This document shows positions 1 to 11,571 of a stretch of 64,000 nt of DNA, one piece after another. The notes below the pieces were generated by a model. It saw only the letters and a program-made list of their open reading frames with translations. It was not told the DNA's origin and did not search any database. Source of the stretch: Moniliella sp. 'wahieum'. Its lineage: Eukaryota. The stretch spans positions 124,001 to 188,000 of the forward strand of contig RSEE01000015.1 in the NCBI GenBank assembly GCA_003971905.1, in the 5' to 3' direction. Position numbers and translations under genes: made by a program. The first letter of the stretch is position 1; each line of letters begins with the position of its first letter.

Positions 1-1805
1 AGAAGAAGAAGGGCGAGCGACAGCTGGTTGTAAGTCAACCCATTGGGTATCGTTCGGAGAAGCTACGCGTGTAGTCCCAGGCAGACTGTTCCGACGCATG
101 CATCGTACATCAGATCGTGCAATTCGCTTTTCTCGTATTTCCGACCAATCCGCCCAGGCATCCACCATAGGGGGACAGAAGGATGGCGCTTCCAACTTGA
201 TCCCCAACGGTTTGCATGTGGGGGTTGAAGCAAAGAAAGTGGGTGCTCAACATGGATTGAACTGTGGGCAGTGTTTGGGGCCGCGATGTGGTCATCAGAG
301 GAATGATCCAGATACCAAACGTAGATCCCGCTTCCGAACCTGCTCTCACCCTCGGAGTCGGTGGAGGAGGGAGAGAAACTAGTCCAGAACCAACGCCGGA
401 CGTATGGCCAAGCGAGGGCAAAAACTTGTCATATGATGAACTTGTAGTAAAGCCCTCGGACGAATGACGTTTGGAGAGGCTGTTGCTTCTGTGGTGTGCA
501 ATAGTCTGACAGAGGAAGAGGGGGGATCTAACCCATTGCGAAGGACACCTCCTGGTCCTCCAAATCGTGCCATGACACGGGCGGAACGGAACCTTTCGTG
601 ATCTTCCGATCGCAGTTTGAGAAGCGGAACATGCATCTTCTCCACTTTCGCCCATCTCTGGTGGGGATGGGTTATCGGGTGGGTCACGCGTTGGAGCGGA
701 GATGAGAAAGACGATCGGGTTGGTTGAAGTTGAGGGCTAGGAATGCTCCACTTGGTAGTGAGAATGGCCAGAGACGTTCACCGAGACCGTATCCGGTTCT
801 CCACCAGCAGAAGACGAGATGGATAGTTGGGTAGAGGAGAGGAACTAGGTTGCCTTCCCCTGAGCCAGGAGGGGGATCGATCTCCCGCCCTCAGGTCAGC
901 CAACACACTCTTGGGGGCGAGGCCGATGCCGTCGAATGCGTGATAAAAAGTTTGATCTCCGGATATGGGCTCGCATCTCCACTGTTGCTATTGGTTCGAC
1001 CCAAAAGATGGGCAAATCGTTCTTGCGCGATAAGGCAGGCGGCCTCTTATTAGGCAGCGTTCGGTCCGATGCGCCATGGAGATGGGGAAACTTGCCAAAG
1101 GGAGAGTCGGCCGAGGCGCTGTAGTTGTGACCAACATTAGACCAGGGCCGGTCAATTGATATGCTTGCGGCTCTTGTTGGCCGCTTGCTCGTTGCCGCCG
1201 CCCCAGTCGTGCTGGGTTGCACCCCGTTGGCTGTGTAGGAGGTAACAGGGTTCGATCCAGAACCAGACGCAAGGGGCCAGACAAGGTGCGTCTGCGCCTT
1301 GAACGACGGTGTTCGGAGAGGAGGGGGGTTCCATGAGGGTCAGGATTCTGGAGAATGGGCTCTCTGCCTTCCCGGGCCGAAGAGGGGGCTAAAATCAAAC
1401 GATCCTGATCCAGCGCCGTCTTGAGCAGTGGCATGGGGCACCGCTTGGCCCATAATGTCATTCACTATTCGACTGGAGCGGGCACCCGTGCTTAGACTGT
1501 TCGAGTCGGCCAGTTCCTCAAACGCATCCGACGGCGAGGTGGTAAGTGAGCTGGAGTGTGGCGCTGCGACCGGATTAGAAGGAGTCTTCCGCGATTCGGC
1601 GTGCTCGGTGCAGGGAGATGGAATAGAGGCGGAGAAATGAGAGGGTGCCGGGGACGAGCTTCATTGCGTCCATATGACAGAAAAGCGACGTGTGGCCGAA
1701 GGGGCCTCTTCCCCGAGAAAGCAGAGGAGACAGAGGAGGCGGATGAAGCAGAGGAGGCAGAAGAGACGAGTGTGGTGGTAGCAGATAAGCGCGATCAACG
1801 TTCAT
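1..1805 (-). CDS. Hypothetical Ser/Pro-rich protein, 5' part; runs off the window start and is frameshifted
   Basis: Chain of overlapping minus-strand ORFs (110-655, 896-1222, 988-1461) with low-complexity coding character. No recognisable domain; start codon uncertain. Confidence 0.35.
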
Positions 1806-2276
1806 CGTACGTTCAACCCGCGCTCCGCTCGGGGCAGAGCATGTTCCACCCAACAGCGCGCACGCCGCCAGACGCTGCCCCTTGCCCCGCACCATCCAGA
1901 TCCTGGACTGCCCCCACCCCCTGTCGTTGGGCCTGTGTCACATGTCACATGTCACATTCTATAACTAGTAACTGCCCCTTAATTGAAGCTTCCAAGATGA
2001 TCTGCCATCGACAGCTACTTCTCCTGTACACGAGCTACACTGGGTCTCAGGGGCCCACGCTCAAAAACCAGCCAGTGTCGTAACCTGTCGTAACCGGCGT
2101 CATGGGCATATGGTTCCTGGTTCCTGCATCAACAGAGAGGCTAAGGCCAAAAATGTCGAGGGCAGCGAAAGTTCGCAAAGTTATATACCGCGACCGTCCG
2201 CAGCGCAGGTAATGAAAGAATCGCATACAGCTCGTTGGGAATAACAAACGAACACTACCGAACCGAAGCAGGTCGG

Positions 2277-3644
2277 TTACGGCTTGTAGCCAGCCTCGGC
2301 AAGCGACTCCTTGAGGCTTTGAAGAACGTGGTCAATGTCACTGCTGCGCGTGGTGGCCGAGAGACCCATATGACCAATGCGGAAGTACTTGTCCTTGCAC
2401 TCCTTGTGAAGCCCGGCAGCCACGACCACATTGCGGGCAGCCATGCGCGGCACCACATCGCCCGCGCCATAGCCCTCGGGGTACTTGACGGCCGTCATGC
2501 CGTTGGCACCATCCTTGATCCCGTCGGCGACGAGTTGGTCGAGTTTGAGCTCGTTCTTGACAAAGTTCTTGACCTTGGCCGAAGTGTCCTTGTGCAGTTG
2601 GAACCGCTGCTCGAGCGAGGGGACCCTTGGTGATCGTCTCGAAGCTCTGGTGCAACGCGTAGAGCAAGTTGGTCGGAGGCGTAGCAAAGTAGGCGGCATT
2701 GCCAGCTTCGTAGGCTTCATGATTGGCAGCCACTTTTTCCACGAAGCAAAGTAGGACGGGGGGGCACCTTGCGGTTTCAAACGCCTTGATGGCCTTGGGC
2801 GAGGCAGAGAGGAGCATCAGGCCCGGCGGGCACCCAATGCCCTTCTGCGATGCCGTCAGCACCACATCCACCCCCCACTCGTCTTGGCGGATCTCCTCGC
2901 TGCCTACGCTGCACACGCCATCCAGGGCAAAGATGGTGTCGGGAGAGACACGCTTGACCACCTCGGCAATCCCCTTGGCGTCGCTCAACACACCAGTCGA
3001 GGTATCGACATGGGTCGCGGTGACAAGCTTGTACTTCTTTTGCTTCAGAGCTTCCTCGATCTGAGCCAACGTCGGCTTGGAACCGACGGCGCGCCAATCT
3101 GGTCCACCTTGGCACCGTACGTTTCAAGGCATTCGGCAAAGCTGTCGCCAAAGTAGCCCGAATTGATGACCAGCGCATTCTCCCAGGCTCAACCACGTTC
3201 GCCGCAACATGGTCCCAGCCCAGTGCCCGAACCCGAGGTAATGATGGGCTGGGCCGAAGGTGCAAAGAGGATCTGGCGGAACATGCGGATACAGTCGCCC
3301 AGAATCGGGACGAATTCGGGCGAGGTGTGGCTCATGGAAGGGTGCGCATTGGCGTAGAGGACTTCGTCTGCGACCTCGATAGGGCCAGGGATGACGAGGA
3401 GTTGTGGGCTTCTTGGTGGAAGGCGGACATGGCGGGAGCGTACGTCTGCAGGCGGCGGACAGGCAGCAAGGCACGGGAGGGGAGAGTCTGGTGGGGAAGA
3501 GGGAGAATGCGATGTTAGGGGGCGTGGTGCCAACAGGGAGGAGGGGGGGGGAGGGGGGCAGAAGGCGAGCGTACGCACCACTGGGGCGGAGGCGGAGGCG
3601 GAGGCAGAACGAAGGAGGAAGCTAGGGAGCGTCCTCGGGAGCAT
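2277..3644 (-). CDS. AGX1: Alanine-glyoxylate aminotransferase (class V PLP enzyme) with a spliced N-terminal mitochondrial presequence; intron 3488-3578
   Basis: Motifs LLVIPGPIEV, HVDTSTGVL, ALDGVCSVG, DVVLTASQKG (PLP lysine) and YFRIGHMG across frameshifted ORFs. Intron GTGCGT...CTAAC...CAG joins ATG 3644 in frame to ATG 3430 (MSAF). Confidence 0.92.
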
Positions 3645-4282
3645 GCGCAGGAAGGCTGGGGCGGAGGAGGAGGAGGGGAAGAGAAGAAGCCGAAGGGAGG
3701 TGCCCAATGCGCCGTAAGGCGGCTGCTGCCGCGCTCACTCACATCGACAGATGCAGGATGCATGATGTGGTGAGCGATGATCGTGATCCATCGGCATCAC
3801 CCTAATCGGCCACCGGGACCCAGGGGCCGGGAACCGGGCCGAAGCTGCCGCACGGGCGCGGTGCCCGCCCCCTGCATGCAACACGGCTGTGCACGCACAC
3901 AGGCCCCAAGCCCCACAAGTCCACAAGTCCGCAACCCCGGCCCGCCAACGCCGATCCGAAGGGGATATGTCCAGTCACGTGCATCGCGGCCCACGTGACT
4001 CGCCATGTGTGGCACACCAAGTCCACTCCAACCAACTCCAAGAGTGCAGCACAGTGTATGTAAGTTCTTTTTGCGTTCATTACGGTTCGTCCCAAGAACG
4101 AGTCGACAAAATGGGGGCGCAAGACTCGACAGCGGGTATATGCAATCAAACCGAGTCTAAGCAGACGCGAACAGAGCAACAAAAGAGGGTACAAGCAGGT
4201 ACAAGAGAAAGGATGCAGAAGAAGAACGAAATAGATAGATAGGCTAGCAGCTCGGAGGGAGCTGCCGTTGCAGGCGCGGGCG

Positions 4283-7200
4283 TCAACTGGGCACGGTCCA
4301 GACTGGCGTCGTACTCACTCCCCACGGGAAGGGCCGCGCCGGCTCGGGAGCGACGCGCGCAATGGCGCGTCCAGATGGTTGGTGGGGGGGACGAGCGTCA
4401 GGACCGCAGCGCGGCCAGAGGGAAGGCGGGAGGAAAAGAGCGACCGAGCAGCAACTCGTGCGCGGCCGCGACTGCGCTGCTCGGGTCCGCTGCTTCCCCG
4501 AGACGTTGGAGCGAATCGACAAAGCCACACAGCCGTTCCGGCTTGCTGCTTTCCCCGGGCAAAGAAGAGGGGTACGCCGTACCGCATTGACAGTACTCTT
4601 GTCCAGGCCTGGCCGGAACGTAACCACCGCCACACGGTCCCTTTCTCCAAGCGCTCTAGGATCTCGGCCAGCATGGCTTGTCCCGCTTCCGGTCCTGCTC
4701 CGCCGTCGACACAAGTACCACCAGATATCGGTCCCTTGATGGGGCACGGGAGGGAGGGGGAAGGGGAGGAAGCCAAAGGCGAACGCGGGACGGAGGTGGG
4801 GAGAGAGTCAGATCCCGTACTAAACGAAGAAACCGGGGATGATGGGCCGGTCGTACGGCCAGCAGGGGTCGCGCACATGGATGCGAGGCAGGGGGGGCAC
4901 AGGCGGAGGCACCATTTGCGGCGCGCGTTTGGCTCCAGCCGACAGGCTGCGGGGGCGGACATAGATAGGTGGTACTGGAGGAGGAGGAGGGCTCGCTGCT
5001 GGACACTAGCTCGTGCCAACAAGTACTGTGAGCGGCTGAACCACGTTTCGCTTGAGAAGGGGAGCGGAAAGTTAATGTGCACTGCGGTGGTCCAGGCGGA
5101 CGCGAATGAGCGCACTCGTGGATCACGATCCATAATTGCCGGTGGCGGGGTAACGAGGGCAAGTTGGGGCGAATGATGGAAAAGATGCGACCTTTGAGGG
5201 ACAGACTGGAATCGCTTAGGCCTTCTTTCTTTGCGCTTTCCACATACAGCCCCAAGGCCTGGGCAAACATCACAACATAAAACACCCGCGTTTCGTTGGC
5301 TTGCGTCACCCTCACTCGATCAGCCAATTCAGGAAGACCGTAGGTGGATTCTAGCGTAGCCATTGACTCGTGTCCCGGCCCGTCACTGGACACGAGCTTG
5401 CTCAGTATAGCCCTTGCTTGTGACAGTCCAAAGACGGGCACCTGTGAGCCGGCTATGACCTTGGGGTCCTCATTTCGCGCTAGGTCGCGTTGAGGCGCTC
5501 GTGGCTTGCCCATGCTTACTGCTCGCGAACGGGGGAAGCGCGGCGCGGGGGAAACACTTCCGCCAGCGGGCCGACGAACTGTGGCCTCGTCCATACTCTG
5601 CCTTGGAGCCAACGCAGGTTTAGTCCGGATGGGAACTGGGGGGTCGTCGCGTGCAGTTCGCTTACCAGTGGCGACTGGATCGAGCTCCGGGGTGAGAGAC
5701 CGTGAAGATGTGCGAGAGCTTGCTGCATCCGACTGAGGCTGTGACGGGAACTTAGACTTGGAGCTGGCCTTGGACTTGGACTTGAAGAGCGACCGCAGAG
5801 CTGGTTGGGACATCGAATTGGGTGCCCTCTTGAGCTCGAAGGAGCGTTTGGATTTGGATTTGAGTTTGAGCGTGAACTTGGAATCTGACGCAGATTCATG
5901 TACATGGTCAGACTCGAATTCAGACTCTAGCTCAGACGCAGGCCCAAGCTCAAACTCAAGCTCCGATCCAGGCTTGGATCCTGGAACTGCAATAGGCAAG
6001 CGGGGTGGGGATAGTGAGGAAGGTGCCGGGTGTAAGTGCTGATGAAGCTGCCTCATGAATGCATCTGACGCTTCTGGGCTCATGGCTGTTGCTCTCGCGG
6101 GCCCAGGGATAGTGGGGTCAACGGAGGGATTCCCTTTCTTGGTCCGGAGTAGAGGAGACACGTGAGATGGAGCCTCATTGACGTTGGCTGGCACGGGATC
6201 TGGGTCCAAGTCGAGGAACTGCTCCAAACCATGCTGCTTTTTGACTCGCCCCAAACCCAGTTGGCCCAGCAGAAGCGGCCTCGGGATTGAAGTGGCGAAT
6301 GTGGGCGTGATGATGCTGGTGAGGCAGGCGATGTTTAGCTCCATGTTCCCCGATGGATCAGGCGAATGCCGTATCGTTGACTGGATTGATGGCGCGAGTG
6401 CTTCAAAGGGGGAAGATAGGCCCACGTGCCCCGCCGGCTCAGAAGGGCGCCAGTTGGAGATAGAAGAGTTAAGTAAAGGGCTGTGCGGAAATGGTGCCCG
6501 CATCTCGGGAGCCGAGGGACGGCGGGGCTCGGAGCCGCGTTCAGCTTCCAAATGAGACCCAGAGGGGTGACATATCTTGCACACTGGCCCATTGGAGGAC
6601 GAAGGAGACGATATGGCAGAAATGAGACACAATTCGTGCGCAGAATGGGTGCAAACAAGTTTGACTGGTAATGCCTGTTTGCCCTGAGGTTCGCACAAAC
6701 ACACCGCGCACACGTAAGGTGTTAGCACCTCCATCTCGCCTCGAGCCGAGATGGTCGTAGCCTGGGACGTGTTCACGCTCGCATATGTGCCCATACTGGC
6801 ATTTGTACTCTCTGTGACGGCGGAGAGACTATCAATGCTTTGACCATGACCGTTGTGCCGTGCTTCATCCGGCTATTGCTGCCAACAGTCAATTGGCGCG
6901 CTAAAGCGTCCTCTTCGCGGAGGAGAATAAGAGGAGGCTTTTGCTGTACTTGGGACGTCTCACTCTCAGACCCAGTGGAAGGCGGAGGGCGCACATATGT
7001 TTGGACGAGCGGACGAGGCGAGGACGGCGGCTTGGTCACCACTGGCGGAGACAGCAACTGCTTCTTGGGAGAAGGGGGTGAGATAATCGGCGAGGAGGGC
7101 GAAGGAGACAATTCAGACCCGTGCAACCCCCCAGCCATAGATTCAGAGTGATAAGTGGTCCCAGTAAAACCCAGGGACTCGGCGCTAGTTGACGCTGTAA

Positions 7201-7689
7201 CAGGTCCTTGATCTTGTGCCCAAGGGAGTTCGCTCGTTGGCTGGTCCAGCCCGGAGGGCCCGAGATAGGAAAAGGCCGAAGGGGCTGGGAGGTCCGTGGG
7301 TGAAGATGCAGGGAACAGGTTCGGATCGACCTGATCGGATGAAGGTGCCGTAAAAGTAGGTGTGCGAGCGAACTGAGTAGCATCAGTATCAGGTTCATCC
7401 GGGGGAGTCCAAGAGGGGACCAGCCAGGCCAGGTGTAGGTGTTGGAGTGGGGGAATAAGCGGACTGCTCGGATGGTGGAGGAGGGAACACAGGTGTAGTC
7501 GATCCGCCCAGGCCGGTCAGAGAAGGTCCTGAAGGCAGCATCATGGCGGTAAGACCCCCCCCCCGTCCCTTCGCTCGTGACGGAGGAGGCGGAGTGACGC
7601 CGGTGGCCTAGGCTAGAACAGGTGGAGAGCGACGGCATGCCCTGGCGCAGGCCCTCAGAAGTGGCGGGCATGGGAGAGGGAATGGACAT
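4283..7689 (-). CDS. Far1/Ste5-like scaffold: RING-H2 + PH-like + partial vWA domain
   Basis: CAVC...CTHSAHELC...CKIC (C3H2C3 RING-H2). PH-like segment VRVTQANETRVFYVVMFAQAL...LKGRI. vWA-like pieces LVVLVS and LGERDRVAVVTF...VRRTPLL in shifted frames. Both ends approximate. Confidence 0.65.
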
Positions 7690-8625
7690 GGGCCGAGTGG
7701 TGAGGGGCAGGGACCAAAGGGTGCTGATGTGAAGGTGGTGGTGGTGATGGGGCAGACAGACAAGACACGGACGAGGGCCGACGAAGAAAAACGCGTGCAA
7801 GGGCGCTTGGTGCGTCACTGGTTACTATTAATTGCGACCGCTGACTCTCGTGACTGGGCGCTTTGGCCAAGCGACCCAAGCGACAGAGCGGGTGACTGGG
7901 CGGTGATCCGTGACTGCCCCACCGCGACTATGTGCATCTAGAGACTGGCGCCGTGCTGACGGCGCACAGCGGCCGGCGGCGGCAGCGTGGGCTCTGGGGC
8001 AGTGTGCTGAGGCCTGCGGTGGTCCGCCGGCGGGGGCAGGCCACTGGCGCTGTGCCGTGTTGGCCCGACGTTTGTGGGGAAAGCCAGGGAGGATCCACCC
8101 GCGACAGAGGAGCCTGCTCGCCTGCTCGCCTGCTGCCTGCCGCCGCCTGCCGCCTCGCGCCTCTGCCTCAAAGCCCAGGAGCCATGGCCGCATGCTGCCT
8201 CCGTGCGGCGCCCATGCCTGCCCCCCCGAGCTCGTCTGTGCCGACACACTGGTGCCGTGCCCGCACGCGAACGCCCACCGCACCATGGCACACCACACGT
8301 CGCGTTTCGCCTCTGCCACCGGTCACCAGTCGACAGTCGCCCCCCGCCCTGCAAGTGCTGTCAACACCAACCCAGTAGCAAATCCCAACACTAGCGCCGT
8401 GCTGTGCAAACGCTTGGCGCGGGCGGCTGGGTCCAATACGCGGCAACATGCGACACCCAACATAAATACTCAGGATTCAGTACTGACTCATACTCAGTAC
8501 TCAGACCGAGTCTACCGAGGACGCTGTTGGGTATACACTGTCGATATATCTGTCCCGTCCAACTTGGAGATCTGCACGTACGGGTGCACCGGCAACAGGA
8601 GATCCTCTTTTCAAGCAGTATATAA

Positions 8626-9025
8626 TGTAACATCGTCCCTCATTGCGACGGGGTGGCTGGCTTCCCAGGCGGAGACCTTCCCTGCCCATTGGAGACAAGA
8701 CTCACGGAGGACTGAACGCGTTTCAGATCCAAAGTCCAAGGCTCACTGGCGTGAACGCAGGAGGGTCGTGAATGAGATGTTTTTTGCTGTACGTCGAGCA
8801 GAGCCTGAGCAGAGCGGTCTGCGAACAGAGGTTGCGTGTGTAGGGCCTGGACGGGAAAGCGGGGAGATCCGATGGGCGAGGGAGGGAGCGAGCTGATCGG
8901 AAGGTGTTTCTTCTAGAAGTGGAGTGCCCAGAAGAAGGGTGAAAGTGAAAGAATCCGAGAAGCGGTAGCGACGATAAGGAAGTGGAGGTGGCTGTGCATG
9001 GCGGCTCAGTCGTCGCCCCGTGACA
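8626..9025. mobile_element. Solo LTR (family A, copy 1)
   Basis: TGTAAC...GTGACA termini. Clearly homologous to 17835-18159 (shared gctggcttcccaggcggagacctt, agacaagactcacggagg, cgatgggcgagggaggg), and its 3' end matches 20120-20188. No TSD seen. Confidence 0.65.
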
Positions 9026-10622
9026 CTCATGATCTTCTTTGCAGAGCCCACACGTTCGGTTATGAAGCTATAGCAGCATTGCCAGTTTGGCAGCATAGCC
9101 GGGCTTTGTCCTGTCAAACTGCAGGGTCTTCAAGAGGCCAGCTGTGTTGGCGTATTATGCATTTTTGTTCTGTTGGCACTTCGGCTCTTCTCAATCGCAC
9201 ACAACCATGCAACCCACACCCACCCTAACTCTTCTTCACTCTCTCTCTTCTTCGTGTCTGTGCACGCATCGCGCAGGTGTGTCTACTTCTGTCTAGACTG
9301 AAGAGGAGAGCACGTCGAGAAAAACTTTTTGCATCTCGGTGGAATCACAGCTTACAACGGAAGCATGTAAGGAAACCACGGATGCAGCGAAGAGTAGACA
9401 CATCAAAAATGTGTCCTACTACCCTATTGGCTAGTGAAGCTTGAAGGGGAATGTTCGATGTACTATGCTAGGTTGAACGATTTTTGCATTCCTTTGGATT
9501 ACCCTGAAATTTCTTTGCACCTCTGCTTCATCCAAGAAGAGAGTCTGGGAGGCATGCGGCGGGGACCAGGGGAGGGGAGATACATATAACACGATATATC
9601 TATGCACCGACTAATACTGTTCACTGTCGAAGAGCAGGTCGGTTGCGGGAACAACGCTATAAAAGTACCATTCACGGAACACACTCAGCATCCGTGCTTC
9701 CCCCGTGGCCAATGATGAAAAGAAAAGTACTATCCCACCAACCTCGGATAACAAGATGGTTGTGATCACACTCTGAACGAGCCCATTCATCGCTTTCATG
9801 CCCATGAGTGCGATCGTCCGTACGGCAGTGTGTGGTTGCTTGCAAGGGAACAGCAAAATTCAGACTTTTCCTGGAAACACTGGTGGCATCATCAGTGAGT
9901 GGACGCGGGTTGTCAGCATAAAGGACCAAAATGAGAGCGAATCTGGGGATGGTTGAAGCGTTCTCCTGTCCCTGCTCAACTGTTTCGCAGAACGCTATAT
10001 ATGGATCCAGTTACGAGTATATACTGTGGTTGTGGTGGGGGACAGAAGAGGGATGTGATTTGAATGTATATTGCCTATAGTAGATAGAGAGGGAAAAAAT
10101 AAGAAGACACCCATACATATAGGGGCTGTGTTCGTATCTTTACACGCTCTTCTCACAGGCGCGACGGAAAGTAGGAAAAAGGAAAACGACACGGGGAGAA
10201 AAGAAAAACAGATAAGAAAAGGGACATAGTGAAAGGAGAGTAGGGTAAGTGGCTTGTATTTTTGCCATGTGTAGCCGATCACATACGAGCGAAGGGTCAT
10301 ACAAAACCATATGGTGCATGGGAGAGGAGGTTGGGGAAAAAGAAAAAATAGCAAAACCAGAGCAAGAGAGCGATTGACATGATACCATTGTGCATACATG
10401 TCTGGTTGTAGACAGTGACGCCGTGCAACCGAGCTGGTATAAAATCTCTCTGTGCAGGCGCCACAGAAACAGAGGAAGAAAAAAAAAGAAAAAGACATTG
10501 AGCCGATGCACATCTGCCATTTCCGTGGACACGCGCAGAGGGGTCCTCTCTTGATCCACTTTTCACAAGACAAGCGTGTGGATAGTAGCGAGAAAGCGGA
10601 GGTAAAAAAGAAAATGGGAGCA

Positions 10623-11571
10623 TCAAGCCGTAGCCTTGCCCTCACCAGGCTCGTTCGAAGCCTCGCCGGGCGGCAAAGACCGGTCAGCAAACAAGGAAGC
10701 CTTGGCAGAGAACAAGCCAAAGCGCTCGTAGTCCACGGACGAGATGTTGTAGACGTGGTACGGAAGCAGAACATGCTTCCCGAGTAGGTCCAAAACGCCG
10801 TAGTACACTTGCTCACTGTCCGGGGCAATGTTGTTTCCGCCCGAAGAGACGCCCCAAGCAATGATGTACACGATGCCAAACCACCAAACGCAATGCTCAT
10901 GGGCAGGTATGCCCAGTACACATCCTTGCCCGCCTTCTTAGCCGCAAGGAGAGCCGGGCCAAAGAGAACCCAGTACACCCATGTCAGCCGCAAAGACCAG
11001 CACGAACCAACCCACTTGTACGAGCTGGGCGTCAAAGCACCAAATAGTGACAGCGCCACCACCACTGTCTCAATAAGATGGTCATAAAAAGGGTAGAGAG
11101 GGGAACAGGCGACGCGAGCAGGATCGCCAAAAAATGAAAGGCGTCGAGACGGCCAGTCAATGTACCGAGAGAGCCTGAAGAGGAATCGAGCTGGAGGGTG
11201 AGCATACAGAATTCAATAAGGTGAATGATTACGAAACGTACCAGATTGAACGGGTGGCATCATTGTGCAATCCGTTGCCGTGTCCAGTCCAGGAGCCGGA
11301 TCGGAACTCGACAGTGACGGGAACGGCACCTAGGTTGGACGCAATGGCAAACCAGTTGAGGTGTTGCACGCAAGGGCTGCAACGATAAGATAGTGGAACG
11401 TCCGCTTCCCCGTGCCTGTTGCAAAGGAAGTGTAGGCGAGGGTGAACAGAAAGACCAGCATGGACACAGCGAAGATCGCCCATGAAAAGTCCGACCCCTG
11501 TACGTGTTGGTCACGTTAGCAGAGGCAGGGTTCGTGAGAACCGGACTTGATCCAGGGATGTGGGAGGGCAT
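10623..11571 (-). CDS. Fungal microbial rhodopsin/opsin, CarO-like (copy 1); intron 11175-11241
   Basis: Reconstructed across indels: GSDFSWAIF, PVTVEFRSGSW, RYIDWAVSTPFIFLA, SSYKW, GGNNIAPDSEQVYYGVLDLLGK (helix-G DxxxK), DYERFGL. Confidence 0.88.

Noticed and set aside
7828..8896. Long Cys/Ala/Arg-rich ORFs on both strands
   Set aside because: GC-rich promoter DNA running into an LTR; no domain or coding signature.
9995..10620. Hydrophobic C-terminal extension in the 356-aa ORF 9995-11065
   Set aside because: It is frameshifted read-through from opsin 1 into a T-rich 3' flank; the true stop is at 10623.
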